DNA of 64,000 nt, taken from sequence record OL631257.1; one strand, written 5' to 3'. Under the pieces are notes generated by a model. It was not told the DNA's origin, searched no databases, and was given only the letters and a program-made list of their open reading frames with translations. Both the position numbers and the translations under genes were made by a program. Of this stretch, positions 9,122-18,756 are shown one piece after another; the first letter of the stretch is position 1, and each line of letters opens with the position of its first letter. This DNA comes from Escherichia phage ECCR664.

Positions 9122-10560
9122 TTAAAATTTTAACTCATTGGCTAAGCTATCTAGGTCAGCACGTGTTGCTTTGGCTTTACCTACGCGTTCCGTACGATTC
9201 ACCTCTGCCTGACGCATCTGAGCACCTGCGTTTTCATTTACTGTGTTAGGTGTGTTCATGCCTTCTTGCTCAATCTCAACCCATTTCTGATTGCCTTTAC
9301 GTACACCCATCAAGAACTTGTTCCACTTATTCTTATCACCATATCGTGATTTGATTTGTTTGATAAGTTGTTGTTCAGCTTGTGCAAGTTCTTCAGTTTC
9401 AATTACAGCCAACATGAAATCTGCCGTTGCTGGTAAACCTGCTGATTCTGCAATATCGCTCATGTTCATGTCTGAAGCATCCCATGCTGCACGTCCTACT
9501 TGAGCTGCAGTCCATAGAACTGTTTCAGATTCTACTGCTAATGCACGAAGTTCTTCTGCGATAGCTTTAACTAATGTGTAACTATTTTCAGTGTAAACTC
9601 TGATACGACAAGACCCACAAATACCTAAGTAATCGACTATAATTACAGACGGCACAAAGTTCTTCTTGAGTTTCAATTCATTAAGCAATGCACGGAATGT
9701 ATTAGCATTAGCTCCGCCAGTAGGATACTGTTTGACTACTAAACGTCCTAATGTGGATTTTGAACGCCATTTTTCCATCTTGGCTTTATATTCAGCATAA
9801 GATACGTTACCATCATCGATATCATCAAGTGATACGTCAAGCATGTTTGCATCTATACGCTTAGCACAAACTTCTTCAGCCATTTCCATGGAAATATAAA
9901 GAACATTATGTCCTGTTTGAAGATAATCTGCAGCAAGTGAACAAAGGCCTAAAGATTTACCAACGTTAACACCTGCCATTAAAACATTCAGTGTACCGGT
10001 TTCAGCACCACCTTTGGTGATTTTATTCAGAATGTTTAATTTGAACGGGACCTTACGTGCTTTATTTAGATAAGAAAGCCAGCGTGCTTCATAGTCTTCC
10101 ATCCAGTCATGACCAACATAACTATCAAACGAAATTGAAAGTGCTTGACGCATAATATCAGGAATAGCTCCTACGTCAGGCATTTTCTTGTTACGTTGTT
10201 CTGGAGGTAGTTCAGCATTAGACTGAATCTCAATGATTTTGGATGTAGCATTATACATCGCTTTTGCTGGACATATTTCTCAGTTTCTTTAACCAACCAT
10301 TCGTGGTCTTCAGGAGTGTCAGCCAATTTTTCAATTAGGTCTGAAGTTCCTTTATATTCGGCTTCAGTTAAAGAACTGTTATCTAAAGCCACCTTTAATG
10401 CATTGATAGATGGCATTGCATTATATTCGTTAACGTGGCTCTTTATAATTTTAAAGACATTTTTGCCGGTCCACGCTCAAAATACTCAGAATCCATATAA
10501 GGCCAGACCTTAGAAAAATAAGCCTGGTCGTATACGAGATGAGACAAAATAATTTCTACC
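9122..10560 (-). CDS. 41: replicative DNA helicase (DnaB-like), gene 41; two apparent frameshifts
   Basis: Fragments 9122..10258 (378 aa), 10171..10416 and 10417..10560 together match T4 gp41 almost residue-for-residue as recalled (e.g. PDVGAIPDIMRQALSISFDSYVGHDW, Walker A GVNVGKS). Confidence 0.9.
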
Positions 10561-10903
10561 ACGATAACTCCTTAAAAGAATTTAAATTTTTCTTGGTTCG
10601 TTCATTAAAAGCTTGTTGTACCTGCATTGTAACACATTTTTCAACATGTGGTGCAAGTTCTGCTTTTCTGTCCTGGTCAAGAACTGCAAAGTCCATTACG
10701 ATTTTACCATCAACCCAGTCTAGTTTTGTAATATAGACTATATGATGGGAACCGTCTTCAAGTGTAATCAGAATCTCTTGAATGACATTTTCCATTGCTG
10801 AACGGATAATTTTAAGAGATTCATTAAACACTCGTTCTTTGCGAATGTCTTCCCTTCCGAAGAAGGGGATTCATCAACGATTTCTAGATTTAAATCATCG
10901 AGA
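10556..10903 (-). CDS. 40: gene 40-like protein (head vertex assembly chaperone position)
   Basis: ORF 10556..10831 (91 aa) plus upstream extension to the uvsX stop; assigned by position between 41 and uvsX. Confidence 0.4.
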
Positions 10904-12074
10904 TTATTCATCGAAATCTTCCATTTCGTCAAGGTCGTTTTCAATATCTGCTGCAGACGGAGCATCAGAAGCTTTAACCGGAACTTTAGTTGTTGCTTTG
11001 CAATTAATAAGGTCGTTAACAGCGTCATCAACTTCTTTAATAGAAGAGATAGCACCTAGTTTATATTTAGTTTCAATTGCATCTCGGAAAGGTTTGTGTT
11101 TAAACAACGGCCCCCAGAATTCTACGCAATCAGTAGCTTTAGCACGCCATGATTTCTCTTCACGAATCATTTCACCTGTTTCTTCGTCAAGGAATTCACG
11201 AGCATACCAACCAGCTTTAGGTTTAACCACAAAACCAATTTCAGTTGCCATTTCTAACAAGCCACTGAATGGGTCAATACCGCCATCAAAATTAACCGTG
11301 ATTGGGAAAGTAGATTTCTCTTTAACTGTACGAGATTTTTCTGCTTTCAACGTGAAGTCATAACCGGTCAATTCTGTACCTTCTTTAACCTGACGTTTAG
11401 AGATAAAAATACTGTGTTAGCAGAATAAAGAATACCTGTACCACCGCCCATAATCTCTTTAGGATATAGTCCGCCGATTTCCATTGCTGTATGGTTGATT
11501 GCAACACATGGAATATCTTTAATAGTCAGATACGGGGTTACAATACGGAAAAGAGATTTAAGTGCCTTAGCACGAGACATATCACCTACGACTTTCTCGT
11601 TCAATGCATCTTCGGTTTCTTTCTTAGATGCAGTGTTACCGATTGAATCGATAAAGATAATAACTTTATCACCGCGTTCAATCGCGTCAAGCTGATTAGT
11701 CATATCAACTTTAAGTTGTTCGACGGACTGAATTGGTGTATGAACTACACGGTCTAAATCAACACCCATTGAACGGAAGTAAGATTCTGAAGCACCGAAT
11801 TCTGAGTCATAGAACAAACAGATTGCATCTTTATATTTCTTCATATACGCTGCAACCATAGTTAGTCCAAACAATGTTTTAAAATGTTTAGAAGGTGCAG
11901 CAAAATAGTCAAGCCTGATTGCAATCCTGCATTCAGAGCACCACCTAGTGCAATATTCAACATCGGAATACGAGTAGGGACTTCATCACGATTATTAAAC
12001 AGCTTAGACTTAGTCAAGTCTGCAGTCATTTTAGAAGTAGAAGCTTTAATCAGACGAGATTTTAAATCAGACAT
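10904..12074 (-). CDS. uvsX: UvsX recombinase (RecA-like); two apparent frameshifts
   Basis: Three fragments (10904..11371, 11368..11874, 11862..12074) together give about 390 aa; C-terminal block FTLKAEKSRTVKEKS.FPITVNFDGGIDPFSGLLEMATEIGFVVKPK matches T4 UvsX as recalled. Confidence 0.9.
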
Positions 12075-12173
12075 TGTATTTTTCCATAGGCATCATTATA
12101 TTTTACTCATGTTTAAAAGATAAGATGATTATATACTAAGAGTTATACAGCATTTAAAACTTTAAACAGGCTC

Positions 12174-12722
12174 TTAACGAGCCCATTTGATAATTTCTGT
12201 AATCAAATTATTACGTTCGCTTGCATTAAATCCTATAACTTTGTTAGCACCATCATGATTAAGTAATTGATACGTTTGGATTTTGTTATGAATTGCAAAC
12301 TCTTCAAAATGTGAAATGACTGTATTAAAACCGAATGAAGACAAAGTAATAAGATCGTCTTCAAAACTTTCAGTCATTTCGTTACGTGTTAAAATAATTG
12401 TGAACACATCATGGTTTTGGCAAAGACGAATATAATCCTGTTCATAAACGTCAAGAACCGAGTCCGCATCTTGTCGAATACGTCCATAAACCCAGTTACT
12501 AATATATCCACGGTCTAACAGATAAATCTTAGTAGGGTCTAAATAATTCAACATCGTTTCGAAACAGCCAACTTCATTTCGAGACTTAACATCGAAACGT
12601 CCATCAACTGTTCGTTTAGGGAAATCAATCTTTACATATCTTTCACTAATTTCCATTATGTCATTAATGAAAGTTGTTTTACCAGCATTATCCGGTCCGT
12701 CTACTAAAATAATTTTAGCCAT
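12174..12722 (-). CDS. P-loop kinase, thymidylate/dNMP-kinase-like
   Basis: 182 aa; Walker A GPDNAGKTT; LLDRGYISNWVYG resembles the TMPK DRY..S..AYQ lid motif. Sits where T4 has beta-gt. Confidence 0.55.
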   Translation of the reverse strand: MAKIILVDGPDNAGKTTFINDIMEISERYVKIDFPKRTVDGRFDVKSRNEVGCFETMLNYLDPTKIYLLDRGYISNWVYGRIRQDADSVLDVYEQDYIRLCQNHDVFTIILTRNEMTESFEDDLITLSSFGFNTVISHFEEFAIHNKIQTYQLLNHDGANKVIGFNASERNNLITEIIKWAR

Positions 12723-12723
12723 T

Positions 12724-13623
12724 TTATTCCTCGATTACGACATCTTCGTATTTAGGTATATTATACGGTGAAGAAATTAAAGCATTAAAGTAGATGAACT
12801 CACCAAGACCTGGATGGAATACTTCTTCAGGATTTTCGAAATATTGAATCTTCGGACGTCCTTTAAGAATTTGATAGTACTCAGTTTTAGTTGGATTAAA
12901 AATTCGAATCAGCGCTTCTTCGGGATACTTATTTCTGTCGAAACTATTATTTGGATCAGTTATATAAAGCGGTTGACCTAATTGAATTGCGCATTCAACC
13001 ACTTGTTCAAAACGATAGCATGGGTCACTAATTCGAAATGGATGAAAAATACCATCTAGATGAATAGGAGCCAAATCACCTACAAGACGCTGCATGACGG
13101 AAGGACGTATAACTTTCTGCGTTACGATAATCTTATTACCATCTGCACCTGCGTTAACCAGCACTTCTTTTTGACGTTCATTCAACACAGTAGTTTGAAG
13201 TGAACGATTAACCGACAACATATCGGTTTTTAAGAATTCGTCAATATAAAAACGTGGTTTATTAGGGTCTGCAGTGATATTGAAATTGAATTCCACATCA
13301 AAAGCGCCGTCATATCCGGTGATATCTGTGATTAGAAAATCACAATCATAATAAGCAATTAATGAATCAACCACAAATTCATTTTCAGACCAGAAATATT
13401 TACGAGTGTTATACGCGTTATCTTTATACCATAATGGAACAAACTTAAATTCTGGGAAAAGACGTTCACATTCTTTAATATCGGATGCATTACGTGGATA
13501 TGTAATCACATCACCTGGATTAGCACGGTGCAAATGAAGTTGGAAGTTGCCATCCTTAAGGATAGCATACTGTCCAGTTTCATAAGACCGCATACTCAAG
13601 ATTGGTACGCGGAAAATAGCCAT
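12724..13623 (-). CDS. hypothetical protein; positional candidate for the hmC-DNA glycosyltransferase
   Basis: 299 aa; no similarity to T4 beta-gt as recalled; immediately downstream of gene 42 and coupled to the P-loop kinase (1-nt gap). Confidence 0.3.
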   Translation of the reverse strand: MAIFRVPILSMRSYETGQYAILKDGNFQLHLHRANPGDVITYPRNASDIKECERLFPEFKFVPLWYKDNAYNTRKYFWSENEFVVDSLIAYYDCDFLITDITGYDGAFDVEFNFNITADPNKPRFYIDEFLKTDMLSVNRSLQTTVLNERQKEVLVNAGADGNKIIVTQKVIRPSVMQRLVGDLAPIHLDGIFHPFRISDPCYRFEQVVECAIQLGQPLYITDPNNSFDRNKYPEEALIRIFNPTKTEYYQILKGRPKIQYFENPEEVFHPGLGEFIYFNALISSPYNIPKYEDVVIEE

Positions 13624-14339
13624 TAGTCAAGGAATCCTTTAACATAATCAAAATCACGTTCAAACACATGGGCACTTACCATGGTATGAGTATAATCACC
13701 AACTTCTACACCACATTCGTTAGCGATATAATGAAGTAATTTTCCTTGGAGATAAAAATCCAACTGCATAACAACAGCACAGTTCTGAGAACGCATATGA
13801 CAGTGGGTATAAAGCTTACCATCACGAATATAATAAGTCACTGAGTCAGTACATGGATATTCAAGTGTTTCGTCCGAATCAAGCAAAGCCTGATCAGAAC
13901 TTTCTAGAATTTGGAACACAACTCTTCGAGAGTTAGGTTTCTCTTTAAGTTCTTTTAGAAGAGCTGGTAATTGGGCCACAATGCGAGGACCGTAGAAAGT
14001 GTTGAAGTTCGCCGGCAAAACATCTGATTTTGGTTTAGAAATAAATTTAGCGACATTAGGATATGCCTTAAACGCTTCTTCTGCGTTGGTACCACCAGAA
14101 ATCATAAACTTCCAGAAGTCTTCGGCATATTCATAAGAGATGCGGTTAATACGTGGGTCGGTCATTTTGAATGATGATGGAGTGTCAACAACTACTGTCA
14201 TGGACCCGATTTCATTACAACGTCCAATACGAGAATCAGTTACGAATTCGGGGTTTTCTAAAATTTCACGATTGACTGCTTTAAATGCGGCTTGAAAATC
14301 TGCGGCTTTGATATATTTCATTGTGTTATGTTTTCCCAT
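13623..14339 (-). CDS. 42: dCMP hydroxymethylase (thymidylate-synthase fold), gene 42 homolog
   Basis: 238 aa; TS-family core YPCTDSVTYYIRDGKLYTHCHMRSQNCAVVMQLDFYLQ with catalytic Cys in PC and Asp at the position that is Asn in thymidylate synthase and Asp in T4 gp42 (cytosine specificity). Diverged from T4 gp42. Confidence 0.75.
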   Translation of the reverse strand: MGKHNTMKYIKAADFQAAFKAVNREILENPEFVTDSRIGRCNEIGSMTVVVDTPSSFKMTDPRINRISYEYAEDFWKFMISGGTNAEEAFKAYPNVAKFISKPKSDVLPANFNTFYGPRIVAQLPALLKELKEKPNSRRVVFQILESSDQALLDSDETLEYPCTDSVTYYIRDGKLYTHCHMRSQNCAVVMQLDFYLQGKLLHYIANECGVEVGDYTHTMVSAHVFERDFDYVKGFLD

Positions 14340-14380
14340 GTTTACCTCAATACAATTTATTATATACTCAATTCGTAAAG

Positions 14381-14633
14381 CTTATTTGAATTTCTTGGCA
14401 ATGTTGATATAACGTAAAGCTTCAGAATCTATACTTCCAAGAACACTATGAAGGAATGCATCAGTGTAGTATTCCAATTGAACAGGTTCTTTAATCACTT
14501 TAGCCGCTTTGGTTTCAAACAGGCCCATAAGGGCCTTTTAAGAATTTGTTCGTTAGTGTTCAGTTTTATAGTCAAAATCTCTTCATTAAGTTTATAATTA
14601 AAAGTTTTTCTAGAAATCATTCCGGGTACCTCA
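14381..14633 (-). CDS. small hypothetical protein, apparent frameshift
   Basis: Not in ORF track; MISRKTFNYKLNEEILTIKLNTNEQILK then frame switch at a GGCCCTTATGGGCC palindrome. Confidence 0.25.
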
Positions 14634-14651
14634 AAGCGTCATCAGAGTTAG

Positions 14652-15774
14652 TTATATCAATAATAGATATAGAGTTTTCTGATAACCCATTTTTAGATAA
14701 CTGACGTTTATAATATCTTTCACAATATGTACACGTCGTCCCGCAGATTTCATTAGCACAATCGAAATCTGGATGTCTGAACCACCTTTTTCTAAAAAGC
14801 CATCTAACAAAGAGGTTTCAATATTTACTGTATGTGAAAACTCAGTCTCATTTTCAAGAGTGAAAATAGTCTCTAAAGGCTTCCACAGTTCTAACAAATT
14901 ACCTTCAAACTTTTCAGAAGCGTATGCTTCAAGAACTTTCAAAATGTAGTCGGTGCTACCTGTACGTCCTGAAACTTTGAATTGAGTGATACCAATATCA
15001 TTATAAAGTTTCAAATCTTGAGGACGAACAAAACGAGTTCTCAACCAGTTAAATGGGTCTGTATCACGAGCTTTAATACAGTGCTGCATAGGATATCCGT
15101 TTAAGGATTTAGCATCATCAGCTGTAACATCAGTACTATGGAAAATATAGCAAGAGTCACGATAGCTACAATGTGTTGTATACCCTTTACCAGCATTAGA
15201 ACAGAACTCATTTACAAGAACTTCAAATATTATATTGTTCTTATTGCAAAACTCTGCTGCACGCTTCAGGAAAGAAACTGAACGGTTCTTATGAATTCCG
15301 CAGCAGACTTTTTTGATGTTATATTGGTCGTGCAAGTATTTGATTTGAGTTACAGCATCAACATGTAGAATTGTTGAAACTTCAATCTCAATGTCTTTAT
15401 TGACTTCACGAACAATTTCCATAACAACAGGGTTAGCGATAGTAATACGCCATACGCCTATTGACCAAAGATACTGAACATAATCCTGAATAGCTTTCTT
15501 CTTCCACTCAACTAGTTCTCTTTTGAACCAGGATTTATCGTGTTGAGTGTATAGTTAAAGCAAATACCTAATTCGTTACAACGTTTAACGTAGTCTTCTA
15601 ACATCTTTTGTCAACGTCAGGAAGCCTAAAATCAGGTCTGGCTGCTACAAAAGCCATTTCTCTTGTAGAACCATATACTTCGTTTATCAAGCTATTAGGA
15701 TAGGTTTTATTGAGCTCTACGATTTTATCAAGAAGAGCTAAATCAAAATTCGTTCCGATTTTAAAAGTATTCAT
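14652..15774 (-). CDS. peptidase-U32-family protein (RlhA/TrhP/UbiU-like TIM-barrel fold), apparent frameshift
   Basis: ORF 14652..15422 plus N-terminal extension from ATG at 15774. Blocks align to U32 proteins by eye: ELGICFNYTLNTI (YVALNTL), ANPVVMEIVREVNKDIEIEVSTI (DLGLLRLIRE..ELHAST), EVLVNEFCSNAGKGYTTHCSYRDSC (Cys-rich FVHGALC..SGRC region). Confidence 0.5.
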
Positions 15775-15828
15775 TTTTGCATCTCGCGTTAATTGATGCG
15801 ATGGTTTTTGCAGGTCTTACTTAAATTA

Positions 15829-16230
15829 TTATAGATTCGGTTTATACGATTTAAATGTTTCGAATTCGCCTTTATTCATAAGAGCTTTGAATTCGTCAGG
15901 ACGCATAGCTTTGTCGTCGATAATCCAATCATATACTGGTTTATGTGTTAGCAAATTATGGTACTTCAAACCAATGTTTTCCAAGTTCTGAATCAGACTT
16001 GGGAGAATGTCAATTGCTATACGACCAGGACCTACCGACTTCATACCACGAGCCGTGTAAAGCGTTATGGTATGCCCTGCATCATACAGGGCATTAATGG
16101 CGGACACCATTTCGACGTCTGGTTTGAAGTTCACGTAATCACGATTGTTATTCCACTCTGTTATACAATCATCGACATCAAAACAAAGATTAAGCATGTT
16201 TTCTACACGGTGCATTAGATTCGTTCCCAT
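15829..16230 (-). CDS. HAD-superfamily phosphatase (KdsC/GmhB-like small sugar-phosphate phosphatase)
   Basis: 133 aa; HAD motif I CFDVDDCITEW (DxDx[T/V]); TARG motif; true start may be the internal Met at about 16197. Confidence 0.6.
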   Translation of the reverse strand: MGTNLMHRVENMLNLCFDVDDCITEWNNNRDYVNFKPDVEMVSAINALYDAGHTITLYTARGMKSVGPGRIAIDILPSLIQNLENIGLKYHNLLTHKPVYDWIIDDKAMRPDEFKALMNKGEFETFKSYKPNL

Positions 16231-16285
16231 TGATGAGTGATATCGCCACCGATTGGACGATAGGAAACACCAGTTTCTTTATCAG

Positions 16286-17104
16286 TTAGTACCCATTTAC
16301 CAGGATTTTTGTAATCAGAGTAGCCGTTACAGGTTCTGCTACGTCATAACTAATAGAGCCGTCCTGAAGTACACGGCCCATGTTACGTAATTGCTTAGTC
16401 AGAAGTTCCATGCCTTTATAATATGCGGCTACCGCTTTAAGTGGATTATTCTTGAAATAACCACCTAATGCAATCCAGATAATTGCTACTGCCAAATGAT
16501 GATACTCGTTAAACGAACTCATCTTTCCATATTTGTAAACTAGTGGATTGATGTTAATAGTCACATTACAAGTTGTTTCATCAATAATAAACTGGCCCCA
16601 GGTCGGATTAGCGTTGAATTCATCATAACCTGAAACAGCATAAAGCACTTTAGCTTCATCATACAATTTTGGCCCGTAAATCTTGGTTTCACCAAAATAT
16701 CCACGAGGGTCGATAAACTTGACTTCGCCGTTATCAGTAATCATGGTATTACTGAAGTTCGGGTCACCGTGAATAACAGAGTACTGTCCCTGAGAACGGT
16801 TATGATAACGAATAAGGTGTTCTAAAGCTTGTTTCAACATTGGCTTCAGACGTCCAATCTTAGTGTAGTTCACACGTGTGATTTTACCAAATGAATCAAT
16901 CAATGGTTGAATGCTTTCACAACGATCAATAACTTTCGTATAGAATTCTTTAGTGAAATCACGACGAACAGTTTCAGGACTTACAAAATAAGCGTCTGTG
17001 CTGAATTTCAGTGCATCTAAAATTGCATCAACAATTTGTGGACGAGCAAGACTTGATTTGGATTTAATATATTCAAATGCTGGCTTACCTTTAATACGTT
17101 CCAT
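16286..17104 (-). CDS. APH/choline-kinase-fold sugar kinase (anomeric sugar-1-kinase-like)
   Basis: 272 aa; catalytic-loop HGDPNFSNTMI and metal-binding FIDPRGYFGE, as in APH-fold kinases (AmgK/NahK/KdkA type). Confidence 0.65.
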   Translation of the reverse strand: MERIKGKPAFEYIKSKSSLARPQIVDAILDALKFSTDAYFVSPETVRRDFTKEFYTKVIDRCESIQPLIDSFGKITRVNYTKIGRLKPMLKQALEHLIRYHNRSQGQYSVIHGDPNFSNTMITDNGEVKFIDPRGYFGETKIYGPKLYDEAKVLYAVSGYDEFNANPTWGQFIIDETTCNVTININPLVYKYGKMSSFNEYHHLAVAIIWIALGGYFKNNPLKAVAAYYKGMELLTKQLRNMGRVLQDGSISYDVAEPVTATLITKILVNGY

Positions 17105-17130
17105 AATAAAGTGGCCGCCAGGATGATAAC

Positions 17131-17900
17131 TTACAATCCGTGGAACTGAATCTGATTTAACTTTCTTATACCAATTGACTTCATCTTTTGAAGTGCAACG
17201 CCCTGTTCTGTTAAAGCAATCTTTGTTACCGTTTCTTCGCCAATTTCAACTGCATTAAAACTACGATTAAGTTCACGAACTTCATGAGCTTTTTCAAGTT
17301 TAGGCATATCACCAAGGTCGATGATATTCATAAGCTCTGATTTATTGAATGCGCCGCTGTAAAGGAATTCTACAAAATCACGTCCTTTGCAGTATTCGTG
17401 AATTTCCTCATCAGTAGAACCCATGTAGAATTCCCAGTCTTTGAACTGATAAATTCCTACAACATTACCGCCTGTTGAACCTACGTTAGTGATATTTTCA
17501 CCATCGAAATTATATCGACATTCATCACCTTTAACATAGATTGCGTTAACATTCCAAGACCATGAACCAAAATCAGGAATAATATCACACCAGTTAACAA
17601 CTACGTTATGGCCGTCTAAATCTTTATGTAATTTAGCAAGAGCATAAGCAGAACCATACGCTTCATCAACTGTACGAATAGTCACATTGAACCCTTCTTG
17701 CTCACAATAAGCTCGAACGGTTTCAGCAAATTTTGAATGAACTACTACAATAATTTCATCTGCGCCAAGGTCAGAATAAATTGTGTACAAATTGCTCAGA
17801 ATAGTGTCTTGTTTATAGTTCACAAGAACTTTTGGAATATGGTGAGTAATTGGATATAAACGAGTTGCCAATCCAGCACCAAGAATAACAGCTTTTTCAT
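17131..17900 (-). CDS. sugar-1-phosphate nucleotidyltransferase (NDP-sugar pyrophosphorylase), apparent frameshift near the start
   Basis: ORF 17131..17871 plus ATG at 17900; restoring one base in an A-run gives MKKAVILGAGLATRLYPIT..PKVLV, the G-x-G-T-R-L signature. Confidence 0.7.
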
Positions 17901-17941
17901 GTTGAAGTCCTCATTGGTAAGTAGGTGTATTGTACACTATT

Positions 17942-18085
17942 CTAGTTAAAGCATTCATACTTTGCCTGTAGACCAATCATAATCCATCCAATTACAAGTG
18001 TTGGAATCATTACTGGAGCCGTTAAGCTCCAGTAGATAGTCATGACAAGCATCAATAGTAAAAGTCCTATTGTTATTGCTTTCAT
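17942..18085 (-). CDS. small membrane protein (47 aa)
   Basis: Not in ORF track; MKAITIGLLLLMLVMTIYWSL ... VIGWIMIGL; start overlaps the upstream stop (ATGA). Confidence 0.3.
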   Translation of the reverse strand: MKAITIGLLLLMLVMTIYWSLTAPVMIPTLVIGWIMIGLQAKYECFN

Positions 18086-18716
18086 TGTTCGCCTCGTAAC
18101 ATGGCACCTAGTGCACCGCCAGGGTGGAACTTAAGGAAGTCATTAGAGGTAAATCCACGTTCAGACGAAAGGTTGATAGCGAACGTATCGATAAGCGCTA
18201 ACAACAATGTAGTGGACATTGTCGGAGCTAAAGAGTTCTCGTCGACTTCCACCGCGATACCGGTACAGAACGTATAATCAAAAGAGCTTCGTATTCTTGC
18301 GGAATGTCAGGGTTACAATGTAACAGAATCTGTTTAACCTGAGGACGAATCATACGAAGATGTTTAGCAACACCTATCATTTCTTCAGTCTTACCAGAAC
18401 GACTAATATGAATCAACACATCATTAGGCGCAATGAATCCTGCATCACCGTGAGAATAATGCCCGGTGTTCAAGTACATACTCGGGATACCGAGTGAAGC
18501 AAATGTCTCAGAAGCTTTAGTTGCGATATTAGCGTTCTTACCAACACCTGTAATAATTACACGACTTTCATAATTACTCAGTCCAGGGCGTCGAAGAGTT
18601 TCTAGAATAGCATTATAACGAGCAGGGTTTTGACTAATTACTTTAGCCATGGTGGCAAGAGATGAAGCTTGTTTTACGATTGCGTCAATAGCGATAGTGA
18701 TTGGTGTAGTTTTCAT
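18082..18716 (-). CDS. D-arabinose-5-phosphate isomerase-like SIS-domain protein (KdsD/KpsF-type, no CBS domains), apparent frameshift
   Basis: ORF 18228..18716 carries the SIS core ITGVGKNANIATKASETFASLGIP ... HGDAGFIAPNDVLIHISRSGKTEEM; the shifted C-terminal extension ends DFLKFHPGGALGAML (KdsD-like FHPGGxLG). Confidence 0.7.
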
Positions 18717-18756
18717 ATTTCTCTCATTTAATTAGTTGGCCGTCCTTGGCATTATA

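Noticed and set aside
10782-11363. 193-aa plus-strand ORF, Ser-rich
   Set aside because: Antisense to uvsX and gene 40, which are supported by residue-level similarity to T4; low-complexity translation.
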